Positions 20,447 through 30,750 of a stretch of 64,000 nt of DNA are shown here, one piece after another (the stretch's first letter is position 1; every line of letters begins with the position of its first letter). The stretch is from Candidatus Bathyarchaeota archaeon (GTDB lineage: Archaea > Thermoproteota > Bathyarchaeia > Bathyarchaeales > Bathycorpusculaceae). The DNA lies in NCBI GenBank assembly GCA_963832745.1, contig CAWHVC010000002.1, positions 96,001 to 160,000 on the forward strand, given 5' to 3'. Below the pieces are notes generated by a model that ran no database searches, was not told where the DNA came from, and was given only the letters and a program-made list of their open reading frames with translations. Made by a program: the position numbers and the translations under genes.

Positions 20447-20583
20447 AAGGTCTGTCGCCAGTTGCCCCCTATGGAATAAGAATGCTTCTAAATTTATATT
20501 ATTTTTTTTTATGTTCTGATGATTAGCTTATTTATTTAAAACCTATTCGTTTCCTAATATACCCCCAGTTTATTGAAGGCCTT
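20447..20583. repeat. Dispersed intergenic element, copy 3 (left part degenerate)
   Basis: TATGTTCTGATGATTAG (ends 20526), TATACCCCC and TTTATTGAAGGCCTT (20569-20583). Confidence 0.75.
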
Positions 20584-20681
20584 TATGCCCGAAATCAACG
20601 TACATCGTGCGGGCAATGCTTTCTTGTTAACACCACAAATTACTTATCTCTAAAATGTCATAAAGAGCCGTGTGATGGCTA

Positions 20682-21293
20682 ATGGTAAATTATCCTCCAT
20701 ATGTCGACGCTTATGGAAAATTAGAAACTCTTTTCGAGAAAATAAAAGAAGCTGAGGTTCCTGTGAAAGTTACAAACGATTTCTTGCAAACAAAACTCGG
20801 CTTGAAATCCACGAGTTATAGAGCGATGATTCCGCTCATGAAGAGATTGGGTTTTATTGACGAAGCTAACGTTCCGACAGAGGAATATAGACAATATCGA
20901 GATGACAGTCAGTCGGGAGCTATTATGGCTCAGCAGATCAAAGGAGCTTACAAGGATCTTTTTGCTGCTAATGAATATGCGTTTAAATTGAATAAAGACG
21001 ATGTAACAGCAAAACTCAACACAGTTTTAGGAACTCCGGCAAACGACCCAATTACGCCTAAAGTCGCTAGCACCTTTTTAGCCCTATGCGCTTTGGCTGA
21101 CTTTGAAGGGAAAGTTTCGTCACTGCCGAAAACTCGAGAGAATATTGGAAAACCTAATGAGGGCTTTTCACAAGTTGCACTCCCAAGGCTTGGACTCTCT
21201 TACACTATTAACTTGAATCTTCCGGCTACCACTGAAATTGAAGTTTTCAACGCTATTTTCAAGGCTCTTAAGGAGAATCTGCTTAGTGAATAA
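20682..21293 (+). CDS. DUF5343-like protein
   Basis: PY...G.L..LFEKIK.A..P.K.T.DFL...LG...LGFID...PT..Y, with C-terminal YTINLNLPATT...FNAIF. Confidence 0.7.
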   Translation: MVNYPPYVDAYGKLETLFEKIKEAEVPVKVTNDFLQTKLGLKSTSYRAMIPLMKRLGFIDEANVPTEEYRQYRDDSQSGAIMAQQIKGAYKDLFAANEYAFKLNKDDVTAKLNTVLGTPANDPITPKVASTFLALCALADFEGKVSSLPKTRENIGKPNEGFSQVALPRLGLSYTINLNLPATTEIEVFNAIFKALKENLLSE

Positions 21294-21888
21294 TGAAAGC
21301 CCTCGTGAGAAACAGCTACAAATTTTTGGCTTTAAGAATTTAGTTTTAGAAGGAGAGCTCGCCAAGTTAGAGCGGTCTGGGATTGAGATCGGTCACGTCG
21401 AGACTGTTAAAGAAAAGAATGAACTTGTTGATACTGATCTATTTGAAAGCGAAATTTTGCATAAAGCTAAAACGATGGCTGACTTCTACATCCTCTATTT
21501 TAGCTTGGAAAATAGTGTTCGAAAACTAATCACCGACGTTCTCAGCGAAAAGCATGGAGCTGATTGGTGGGAAAAACGGGTTCCTGACGGAGTAAAAACA
21601 AACGTAAAAAAATTGCAGAAAGAGGAACTGCAGACTGCCATGACGATCAGATCAGATGACAATTTGGCTTACACAAACTTTGGAGAACTTATCGACATTT
21701 TCTGTCACAATTGGGCTGATTTTACTGAAATTTTAAGAAGTCAAAAGGCTGTTCGAGATACTCTTTCCCAATTTAACAACATAAGAAATGTGATAGCGCA
21801 TAGCTGTGAACTCAGCGGCGATGAGATTCAAAGGTTCAAACTTGTGATTAAGGATTGGCAGCGAATCAGCAATAATAGCGAAGCCTAA
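21286..21888 (+). CDS. Swt1-like HEPN domain protein (putative RNase)
   Basis: YFSLENSVR...GADWW..RVP, YTNFGEL and the HEPN Rx4H motif RNVIAH; GTG start overlaps the upstream gene. Confidence 0.8.
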   Translation: MNNESPREKQLQIFGFKNLVLEGELAKLERSGIEIGHVETVKEKNELVDTDLFESEILHKAKTMADFYILYFSLENSVRKLITDVLSEKHGADWWEKRVPDGVKTNVKKLQKEELQTAMTIRSDDNLAYTNFGELIDIFCHNWADFTEILRSQKAVRDTLSQFNNIRNVIAHSCELSGDEIQRFKLVIKDWQRISNNSEA

Positions 21889-21998
21889 CGTTTCTAATTT
21901 GAGATCCGTCTCGCATCCTTTAAGAGCATCTTTTGAGAATCCTCGATTTTTTGATTTTTCAACAATGGATCGTATTTTGGTCTGGAATCGAGAATCGC

Positions 21999-22907
21999 TT
22001 AAGTCTTTTTGTCATTATCCATTTCTTCCAAGGCCTGCAAGGTCCGTTCCTTTAGCTCCTTTATTGCCGGGGAAAAGTAGTGTCTTACGAATATGCTTGG
22101 CGGGATTCTGCCACACAATAAATCGGCTTCTTGGGCTACGAGTCCGTGCCTGATCATGAAGGTGCCGTAATAGTCCCGCAGTTCGCTGGTTCGGGTTTTG
22201 ATTTTGCGTCTTTGCAATTTTTTGGTTATGGCTGCATAAGTTACCGGTTGGCTGCTCCCGATTTCGACGATAAGGCTTTCGGGTATTATGCTGATGAAGG
22301 CATTTTTTGTTCCGCGTAGAAATGTGCTTTTGTATCTGAAGTGCTCAAGGATCCCTGTTTCAGCGCTAAGGTACTCATGCAATCTTCCTTTATTTGACAG
22401 CTCGATTATCAGGTTGAAGCTTTCAATGCCCTCGCCGCATCGTAGCCCTGTCAGCTGTAAGAATTTCAACAGTAGATTCTCCTCTGGCGTCAAAATTGGC
22501 TTGACCTCGGCGAACCATTCATCCAAGTTGCTATTGGTGTTGCTGTAGATTCTAACAAAAGCGGCAAGCGCGTCTGGCTGTTCTGTTTGATTCCGTAGCT
22601 TTTCAGGGCAGCTTTGAATTGCTCGTAGCACCCGATGTATTTTGAGATTATGATCAGGCTTTTGATTGCTCCCGATCTAGTGGTTGATGGGACAGCATTG
22701 AGTTGCCCGATGTTGCCTGATTCGAGGATTTGGTAGTAGCGGTTGGCGTAGCACATTACTCTTTTTGCGGTGGTTTTTCTGTATTTGTTTTGGACGTAAT
22801 TTTTTGAATTCGGGCCAATTAAAGGCTTTAAAGCTCATTGGCTCAATGATTTGGGCGCCTTGGTAAGGTAATGGTCGCGGGTCCAAATCCCGCCGAAGGC
22901 TCCACAA
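21999..22907 (-). pseudogene. int: SSV1-type tyrosine integrase, Int(C) portion, with two frameshifts (~22800, ~22585)
   Basis: Three overlapping ORFs join into one protein with TGLRCGE, TKNAF, ELRDY, LLCGR and RHYF. Its N-terminus is the antisense of the tRNA half. Confidence 0.8.
22858..22904 (+). other. att site: 3' half of tRNA-Thr(GGT)
   Basis: CCTTGGTAAGG anticodon loop, T-arm GCGGG-TCCAAAT-CCCGC, ends GGCTCCA. No D-arm or 5' acceptor strand upstream. Confidence 0.8.
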
Positions 22908-22941
22908 TTGCCTTGGTTCTTAAAACAGTTTGATCTAAAGG

Positions 22942-23592
22942 TTATGCTTCCGATAGTATATGGTGGAGTAAGCGTTGTTCTGCTTTCCTTAAATGCTCCC
23001 CTAACGTTGAGTTTCCAATGTTAAGTTTCTCGGCAAGTTTCTCTGATTTTATTCTTCGTGGAAGGTCATAGTACCCAAGTTTGTAAGCTGCAATTAAGAC
23101 TTCTCTTTGTTTTTCAGTTAGCTTGCTAAGTGGGGAGTCGGGTGCAAAGTTTGCTTCGGTCAACGATACTACTTTATGTCGAATCCCTAAAGCAGTTATT
23201 TTATTGACCAGTTCGCCCACTTGTTGAGTGCTTCCAAGAAAGGAAATTCTTAGTTTTTCTCCGCGAATTTCAAGTGGAGGGAACAAATATCCCCTTAAGC
23301 CTAAATAATCTAGAATTGAGGATAAACTTGGTCCTCCTTTCAAGAAGACGATATAGGTTCTGCTTTTTTCTTTTTCAAGAAGTTGCGCTTCGGATAGTAA
23401 ACCTCCATCAAGTAAATCTTCGATTTTGGATGAGTCATATTTGAATTCTATTTTAGATATTACTGCGAATTGTTCAGGGTCTTGCCTTAAGAAATGTAGA
23501 AATTCTAATGATTTTATTTTTTGAAAGGACTGCATTTCTAATCCAAATTTTAAAAGCTCTTTTTCCGAGATTTCTAAAATTAAACGGCGCAT
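22942..23592 (-). CDS. HTH_10 (Bat-type) transcriptional regulator
   Basis: LTEKQREVL..AY.LGYYD.PR...LAEKL.I..ST..EHLRKAE. Confidence 0.9.
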   Translation of the reverse strand: MRRLILEISEKELLKFGLEMQSFQKIKSLEFLHFLRQDPEQFAVISKIEFKYDSSKIEDLLDGGLLSEAQLLEKEKSRTYIVFLKGGPSLSSILDYLGLRGYLFPPLEIRGEKLRISFLGSTQQVGELVNKITALGIRHKVVSLTEANFAPDSPLSKLTEKQREVLIAAYKLGYYDLPRRIKSEKLAEKLNIGNSTLGEHLRKAEQRLLHHILSEA

Positions 23593-23705
23593 AAAAGAGA
23601 CTTGTTGTCTTTTGATTTAATTCTTTCGTTAAGCCGTATCCATACGGTAGAATGTTAATCTGGTGGCAAGCCAATATGTGCCTCTACTTGGAGTTAGATG
23701 ACTAA

Positions 23706-26700
23706 TTGCATAACTCATTCTTCAATTCATATAACGTCTTCATCAGAAAGCATTTTCGGTCAGTTATTATAGCCTGGATTGTCATAGTGCTGCTTTCACT
23801 CATTCTTATTCCAAGCTTCTTTTCATCCGTTTCATATGATATCATGGGAAGTGTAGGCTCCCCCCCAAACAGTGAATCACAAACAGTATCAAACATACTA
23901 AAGAGTGAATTTCCCGAAATCAACAACGAAAGCTCAAACACTATAATTATTGTCGTTCAGGGTTCACCCGTTTTTTCTGACTCCTTAAAAGATACTGTAC
24001 TCAAATTGAATGGTACTCTTTCTAAAGATAAGGCAGTCATTAATTACACTGGCGAGTCAAGCCTTTACTCGATGGAAGCAAGCCTGCTTAACGAGTCCTT
24101 GCCTGACATAATTAATCAAACAGCAAATCTTCAATCAAACATAACCTCAATCAACTCGGGATTATATTCACTGCAGGATAACCTGTCTCTATTGAGCACA
24201 AACCTGTTTCAAATGCAAGATGGCATCAACCAAACAGCTCAGCTAGTTTATGGCATACCTGCAGCATACGTCGAAGTTTGGCAAGGCGTATCGCAGCAAC
24301 TCATTGCTTTTGGTGACACCAATCCCATTGATGCAAATAATCAAGCTAACGCTACCATGTTCAGCGTAACCTCTAATTTCGGAGGCAACGCCCAATCAAT
24401 CGGATACTATACTGCTTTCTTTAACGCTTGGAATGCCAGCTACCAAATGCTTCCAGAAAACACATCCCTCTCTGACCGTGAAGCTTACGCAGTAGGCCAA
24501 GCAGTTTCAGTTTTCCTGAATAATCCACAGCTTGATGCACAGACAAGTCAAATGCTGGGTCTTGTTGCTTCAGGCTTGACTGTTACAACTTGGAATCAAC
24601 TCAACGCAATAGAAAACTTGACGATTTCAACCATGACATCAAATATACCCTCAGAACTATCCTCGTCCCTCAAAACTTCAGCGAACAAACTTGTTAATGA
24701 ACTCTACAGCTTTGGGCCGTCACCTTCAAACACGACCCTTGGAAACTATGCAATCAGCCTCTTAGAAGCATAGCTCCTCAAACACTACAACGTCAGATAT
24801 TGGCTTTTCAATTTCAGAACTGATGAACTCTGCTTATCAGCTTGGTTCAATGCCAAGCGATGCTCAAACATGGGCTCTTGCTTGCAATTTCATTTCAAAC
24901 GCCACGCAGACGGCTTTTTCTGATTCTCCGCTCTTTTACGTAAACAGTACCTCTTTAAGCAATCTTCTTTCGAGTCTCCCACAAAACGCAAGCACTGCCG
25001 ACATAAACAATGCCATTGAAAACGAGGTAATAACTCAATCTTACCTGAATTACCCGTTCATTCCACAAAGCTCATTGACTAAGAATTTTGTAAATTCAAA
25101 TAATGATACAATGCTTATCTTTCTTAGTTTATCCTCTAGTCCAGATGCTGACACTATTGCTCAAGTAAAATCTGATGTACAAGACTCTGGATTACAGAAC
25201 TTTGGAGAGGTATACGTGACTGGTGGCTCTGTTTTATCTAACGATTTCCAGATTACGTTTATGCCTGCCCTTGAGATTACACTGTTACCCGGTGTTGCTG
25301 TTTCCCTTCTAATCGTTGGCTTATTGTTTTTAGCTCCTATAGCTGCTTTAATTCCGATATTGGTAGGCGGCTGCTCTATCGTTGTTTCTCTTGCATCAAT
25401 CTACCTTGGAATTGTAGAATTAGGTCATGGAAGCCTGACTTTTCTCACTCCAGTTTTAACAATACTTTTGATGCTAGGTCTTGCTGTAGACTATGCAGTT
25501 TTGCAGCTTAAACGCACAAAAGAGGAACGCCTCCAAGGAAAATCCATCGCAGAAAGTGTTGGTATCTCAATTAGATGGGCGGGGCAGGCAGTTCTAACCG
25601 CAGGCCTAACTGTAATAATCGCTTACATAATCATGGCAGTTGTTAACGTACCCATATTTAGCCAAGTCGGAACCGCCATAGCATTAGGGGTTATAATTTT
25701 ACTTGCAGCATCACTTACCTTGTTGCCTGCACTTGAGCTTGCCCTCGGTGACAAGATTTTCTGGCCAGGACTAAAAAAGCACTCAAAAACAAGCTCAAAT
25801 AAAAAGAACATTCTAAAAAGAGTGGCAGACGGCACACTCAAAAAGAAAGTGCCTATAGTGATTATACTTAGTGTGTTATCCCTAGGCGCCCTCTTTGTAA
25901 CGTTTAACACACCATTTACAAGTGACTTCCAAAAACTTATTCCAAACTTTTCCAGCAACCAAGGAGTAACTGTTATAGCAGACAACTTTGGAAGCGGAAC
26001 ACTATATCCAACCTACATCACTGTCACAATGCCTACGGCGATCACATATGGAGACAACCAGTTTAACCAGACGCTGCTAAACCAAATCGACCAAATAACG
26101 GCTGTAGCTGCAAGTTCAAATGGCGTTGATAGCGTTGTTAGTCTAACAAGACCATATGGTGATTCATTCAATTATTCAACTATCAAGAACATGTCCGAAC
26201 CTCTGCGTTTACAGTATGAAAGTGCAATGTTTACAATGATTGGAGAAGACAATAAGACCGTTTTAATCACCGTTGGGCTTTCAGACCCTGCTATGAGTGT
26301 GGCTGCCACTAACTCCTTAGTCGGAATGGAGAAAAACATCAACAATTTATCACTCATTAATGGCGTAGTAATTCATTTTGGAGGTCAAACGCAATCAACC
26401 TATGACAGCGATTCATTCATGGCTAACTTGCTTCCAGAAATTATTGTAATCCTCTCAGCGGCAGTGTATGTGATTCTCTTTTTCCAGCTTAGATCTGCGT
26501 TTACGCCTCTTCGTCTGATAATCACAATACTTTGCAGCGTAGTTTTGGCTTTGGCTATAGTTTCCCTCATATTCTACAGTGGATTTAACTTACCAATTCT
26601 TAATTATGCACCCTTATTCGCTGTAGTAACAATGCTAGGTGTCGGAATAGACTATGACATATTTTTCCTCACTAGGATACGCGAGGAAGTGCTAAACGGC

Positions 26701-27003
26701 AAAACAGACGATGAAGCAATAAAGTCAGCTATCGACAAAGTTTGGGTAACCATCTTTGGCCTTGGACTTGTGTTAGCTGCAGTTTTCGGTTCTCTGTTTT
26801 TAACCGGAATCGTGCTCATTCAAGAACTCAGCTTGGCCATTGCTGGAGCAGTCCTAATTGACGTCACAGTAGTCATACTATTCTTTGTACCTGCACTGAT
26901 GGGAATGGCCCAGAAATTCAACTGGTGGCCATATAAACTGTCCACTGCAAACAACAAAAAAACAATGCCGAGCAAAAATTTGGATAAAGAAACTGGTGAT
27001 TGA
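23706..27003 (+). CDS. MMPL/RND family transporter; frameshift near 24770
   Basis: GLAVDYA and GVGIDYDIFFLTRIREE motifs in two TM repeats; the two ORFs are in different frames. Confidence 0.85.
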
Positions 27004-27119
27004 CGAAATCACAAAAAACCCAGTTACTTATCTAAATTTATCCTTCCTTATTATTTTTTAGAAAAGTAGAAAAAACAAAAGCATAGACCCACCAAAAGCT
27101 CAACAAATTTTGGTTTGAT

Positions 27120-27356
27120 TTATGGAGCTTTCATGTTCGGTTGAGTCTTATTAGGTCTTGGTTCTGCTTCTCTTACTGCCCCAACTAATGCAACTACTGC
27201 ATAAACCGCGCCAGCTAATCCAATTGTAAAAAACAAAATTGTACCAATTATTTGAAGCAAATTCCAGTAAACCAGGTCCTCAAGAGGTATAGCTATCCAT
27301 GGCAAGATTGCGCCAAAAAATATTGCAATATAAATTGCTAAATAAAGTGCCGCCAA
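27120..27356 (-). CDS. Small membrane protein
   Basis: Two hydrophobic segments. Confidence 0.5.
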   Translation of the reverse strand: MAALYLAIYIAIFFGAILPWIAIPLEDLVYWNLLQIIGTILFFTIGLAGAVYAVVALVGAVREAEPRPNKTQPNMKAP

Positions 27357-27607
27357 CGTGATGCTGCCTATTCTTATTATTCACTTTCACCTTCCGATTT
27401 TTTAGTGAATGCACATTTAGAACACTGAATTTCTATACAGTTCAAGGAAATGACTTAATAAAAGAATTTTTACAAGACACAAATTGACAAAACCATCCCA
27501 TAGTACCCCCCTTAATTCTAAAAACCCCCGCAATTAAGCCTTAAACTGGTTTGCAATTTTAGAATAAAACATTTTTAAGCTCAAATGCTGCAAGTGGCTT
27601 GAGATCA

Positions 27608-28243
27608 ATGAAAACCAAAATCGACATTCAAACTTGGTCACGAAAAGAATATTGGGATTACTTCGGTAGCTGTGACGACCCTTTCTTTGGTATAGTTGCA
27701 AACGTGGACTGCACTGTTGCTTATGAGACCTGCAAACGGCTCGGTTACTCATTTTTTGTGTATTACATGTTTGAATCAATAAAGGCGTTTAATAATGTTG
27801 AAAATTTCCGGTACAGACTGATTGATGACGAGGTTTGGCTTTTTGACCATGTTCACGCAAGCACCACCATAGGCAGAGCTGACAACACTTTTGGTTTTGC
27901 ACTTTTCGAATACACAAAAGATTTCTCGGTCTTCCAAAAGCAGGCCCAAAAGGAAATCTCTGAAGTCCAAAAAACCCCTGGTCTAAGAGCAAACGATGGA
28001 GCCCGAATGCTTGACGTCATCCATTACACGACCATTCCATGGATTAGCTTCACCAGCCTCAAGCACGAAAAAAATATCAGCCGAAAAGAAAGCATCCCAA
28101 AAGTTGCATTCGGAAAATACTTTGAGCAAAACGGCAAAAAACTGATGCCTGTTTCTGTTAACGCCAACCACGGTTTAGTAGATGGGTACCATGTTGCCCG
28201 GTACTTGGAGCTTTTCCAAGCGGGTCTTAACAAAAAATTATAG
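27608..28243 (+). CDS. cat: CatA-like (chloramphenicol) O-acetyltransferase
   Basis: W.RKE...F, PWISFTS, P...FGKY and catalytic NHGLVDGYH. Confidence 0.85.
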   Translation: MKTKIDIQTWSRKEYWDYFGSCDDPFFGIVANVDCTVAYETCKRLGYSFFVYYMFESIKAFNNVENFRYRLIDDEVWLFDHVHASTTIGRADNTFGFALFEYTKDFSVFQKQAQKEISEVQKTPGLRANDGARMLDVIHYTTIPWISFTSLKHEKNISRKESIPKVAFGKYFEQNGKKLMPVSVNANHGLVDGYHVARYLELFQAGLNKKL

Positions 28244-28253
28244 TTTTCTTTTT

Positions 28254-29027
28254 TTAGTTTATGGCTGATAATGGTATCACGTAGGGTATGTTGTGGCTAT
28301 AGTTTATTTCTACTTGGACGTCATAGACTGCTTTGATGTTTTCAACGTTCAAGACGGATTGGGCTGTTCCGGCAGCGTATATTTTGCCTTGCTTTAGCAT
28401 GACGATTTTGTCGCAGAATCGTGCTGCAAGGTTCAAGTCGTGAATTGCCATCATGGCGGAAAGGTTCTCAGTTTTGACCAGTTGCCGTGTTAACTCCATA
28501 ACCTCTAATTGATGTTTAATGTCTAGGCTGCTTGTAGGCTCATCTAACAGCAAAACCTTTGCTTCTTGCGCTAATGCTCTTGCCATCAGAATTCTTTGCT
28601 GTTCACCACCGCTTAACTCATAAAAATTGCGCATTGCCAAATGTTCAATATCAAGCGCTTTGAGGGTGGACCAGACTTTTTCGGCGTCTTTTTCGCTGCT
28701 TTGCCATGTGACGTGTGGTCTTCTGCCCATCATGACGACTTCAAACACTGTTATTGTGTCTTGGTTGTAGGTGCTGCTTTGGGGTACGTATCCTATGTGG
28801 TTGGCGATTTGGGTTCGGCTGAGTTTTTTTATTTCTTGTTCGCCAAGTAAGATTGTGCCTTGTTTTGGTTCTAAGATTTTGTTTATGCATTTGATTAGGG
28901 TGGTTTTTCCTGAACCGTTTGGACCTATTAGGCCGAGGACTTCTGATTTGTTGAGTTGTAGGGATATGGCGTTGAGGTTTTTGGTGCTTTTGTAGCTGAA
29001 TGTGACTTGTTGTACTGCGATGTTCAT
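28254..29027 (-). CDS. FecE/BtuD-type ABC transporter ATPase
   Basis: GPNGSGKT, LSGGEQQR, LLLDEPT, HDLNLA. Confidence 0.95.
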   Translation of the reverse strand: MNIAVQQVTFSYKSTKNLNAISLQLNKSEVLGLIGPNGSGKTTLIKCINKILEPKQGTILLGEQEIKKLSRTQIANHIGYVPQSSTYNQDTITVFEVVMMGRRPHVTWQSSEKDAEKVWSTLKALDIEHLAMRNFYELSGGEQQRILMARALAQEAKVLLLDEPTSSLDIKHQLEVMELTRQLVKTENLSAMMAIHDLNLAARFCDKIVMLKQGKIYAAGTAQSVLNVENIKAVYDVQVEINYSHNIPYVIPLSAIN

Positions 29028-29066
29028 GTTGGTTCTGTTTATGTTGTGCTTGTTTGACGTATAAAG

Positions 29067-29131
29067 GTGTTACGTTTTAATAGTTTAGTAACACAACGTA
29101 TAAGTATTACTTTAATAAACAAAAGTAACAC
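29067..29131. promoter_or_regulatory. Two tandem NikR-like operators
   Basis: GTGTTAC-N14-GTAACAC (29067-29094) and GTATTAC-N14-GTAACAC (29104-29131) in the divergent promoter. Confidence 0.7.
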
Positions 29132-29144
29132 GTTTGTGATTTCA

Positions 29145-30683
29145 ATGAAAAAACAAATCATAATAGGCCTAACACTAATAATCATACTAATCGCTTCATT
29201 AGCCGTAGGCTACAGCCAAAACTGGTTCCAACCAACAGAAGACAACATCAACCCAACCCCCACCCCAACAGCAACCCCCACCCAAACCCCTCAAAACTCA
29301 GAAAACCCGCAAACCACAGAAACCCCAGAACCAACAAACACAGCCCAGCCAACAACAACCCCAACTCCAACACCCATACCCTCAACCATCGCTTCAATGG
29401 ATTTAGTGCTTGAAATATACGGAAACGCCAACATGGACGACAAAATAGACCAACAAGACGTAACCTACGTGAACAAAATAATCGCTGGTACAGCAACCTC
29501 AACAACTTTTGCTGACGCAAACCACGACGGCAAAGTCGACTCAAACGACATAACCCAAATAAACGCCATCATAAACGGCGACGCATCCCAAATTGTTCTG
29601 CTCGACGGTAACGGAAACCTGCTTACAGTACATCTTCCAGTTAACCGCATAATTGTCGAATACATCCAACAAGCTGAATTGGTTCGCATCCTTGAACTTG
29701 AAGACAAAGTCGTCGGCGTTGACTATTGTGTTGACAAACTAAAATCAATTTACTTCCCAGAGAATGCTGATAACATAGTCTCAGTAGGGCAAATGTACAC
29801 ACCAGATTACGAAACAGTTCTAAGCTTAAACCCTGATGTAGTGTTAACTTTCTCTAATGCACCCGCCTCTATAGCAGAAAAAGCCTCAAAACTCCCCGGC
29901 GTCGACGTGGTCTTCTTAGGTTTATACTATCCAAACGTTACTAACCCTGAAGATTCAGCGTTCCTGCAAGGAATTTTAAAAGCTGGCTACATCTTTGACC
30001 GTGTTGAACAAGCAACAGATTACGCAAACTGGCTACTCAACTTAACCAGCACCATCCGCGCCACAGCAAACACCCTAACAGAAAGCCAAAAACAAACCGT
30101 TCTATTGACAAACTACCCCTACAACCCCTCTTCAGCAATCAAAGCTTACATGACTACTGACACCTTAGGTCAAGTATGCATTCTTTCAGGCGGAGAAAAC
30201 ATTGCCTCATCCTTGCCATCTTACCTTAACTCTTCATCGGCAACTATTGATGCAGAGTGGATACTTGAACAAGACCCTGACTACATCTTCCTACATACAG
30301 TACGTTACACTTTCAGTGGAATAACCTATTCAGACCCCGCACAAGGACTAAACGTAAATGACATCACCAGCATGCAACAATGCCTGCAAGACTACATTTC
30401 ACAGTCAATGTTTGCCGACTTAACTGCAGTCAAAAACAACCACGTCTACATTATCGCAGGCGACTTCAGAAACAACGCGATGGGCGGCGTCTTAGGCGCA
30501 GTCTACTTGGCAAAGATTCTTTATCCTGACCAATTCAGCAGCTTAAACCCACAAGAAATACATCAAGAATACATAACCAATTACTTGCGCTTAGACTACA
30601 ACCTTGACAACAGCGGCGTCTTCCTTTACCCAGCATTAAACATCAACGGAGACGTTGTAGGAATCCCTAACGGAGCCACTTAA
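29145..30683 (+). CDS. ABC substrate-binding protein (class III) with P/T-rich linker and dockerin-like repeat
   Basis: Signal/anchor sequence, PTPT linker, GNANMDDKID/DANHDGKVD, then a periplasmic-binding fold (EWILEQDPD, AVKNNHVY). Confidence 0.85.
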   Translation: MKKQIIIGLTLIIILIASLAVGYSQNWFQPTEDNINPTPTPTATPTQTPQNSENPQTTETPEPTNTAQPTTTPTPTPIPSTIASMDLVLEIYGNANMDDKIDQQDVTYVNKIIAGTATSTTFADANHDGKVDSNDITQINAIINGDASQIVLLDGNGNLLTVHLPVNRIIVEYIQQAELVRILELEDKVVGVDYCVDKLKSIYFPENADNIVSVGQMYTPDYETVLSLNPDVVLTFSNAPASIAEKASKLPGVDVVFLGLYYPNVTNPEDSAFLQGILKAGYIFDRVEQATDYANWLLNLTSTIRATANTLTESQKQTVLLTNYPYNPSSAIKAYMTTDTLGQVCILSGGENIASSLPSYLNSSSATIDAEWILEQDPDYIFLHTVRYTFSGITYSDPAQGLNVNDITSMQQCLQDYISQSMFADLTAVKNNHVYIIAGDFRNNAMGGVLGAVYLAKILYPDQFSSLNPQEIHQEYITNYLRLDYNLDNSGVFLYPALNINGDVVGIPNGAT

Positions 30684-30750
30684 GAATGCCAAAAACATTC
30701 TCCTTTTTCCCTTTTTCAGACAAAAAATGAACTAACCAGTTGATTTTGAC

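Larger units (their letters stand above)
1..22904. mobile_element. Integrated element / defence island (left end outside window), bounded on the right by a tRNA-Thr-derived att site
   Basis: Tyrosine integrase abuts and overlaps a tRNA 3'-half at 22858-22904. Defence and hypothetical genes lie to the left, host-type genes to the right. Confidence 0.8.

Noticed and set aside
13204-20583. Dispersed repeats as a CRISPR array or classical integron attC sites
   Set aside because: Copies are kilobases apart with no repeat-spacer period. They lack the RYYYAAC...GTTRRRY arrangement, and the integrase is SSV1-like rather than IntI.
22858-22904. Functional tRNA-Thr gene
   Set aside because: The 5' half (acceptor strand and D-arm) is absent, so it is treated as an att remnant.
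24771-24823. Pyrrolysine/TAG readthrough in MMPL (and in SIR2 at 4142)
   Set aside because: The downstream ORFs are in different frames, so these are frameshifts rather than readthrough.
29250-29385. ACCCC-rich tandem-like repeats
   Set aside because: They encode the Pro/Thr linker of the substrate-binding protein.
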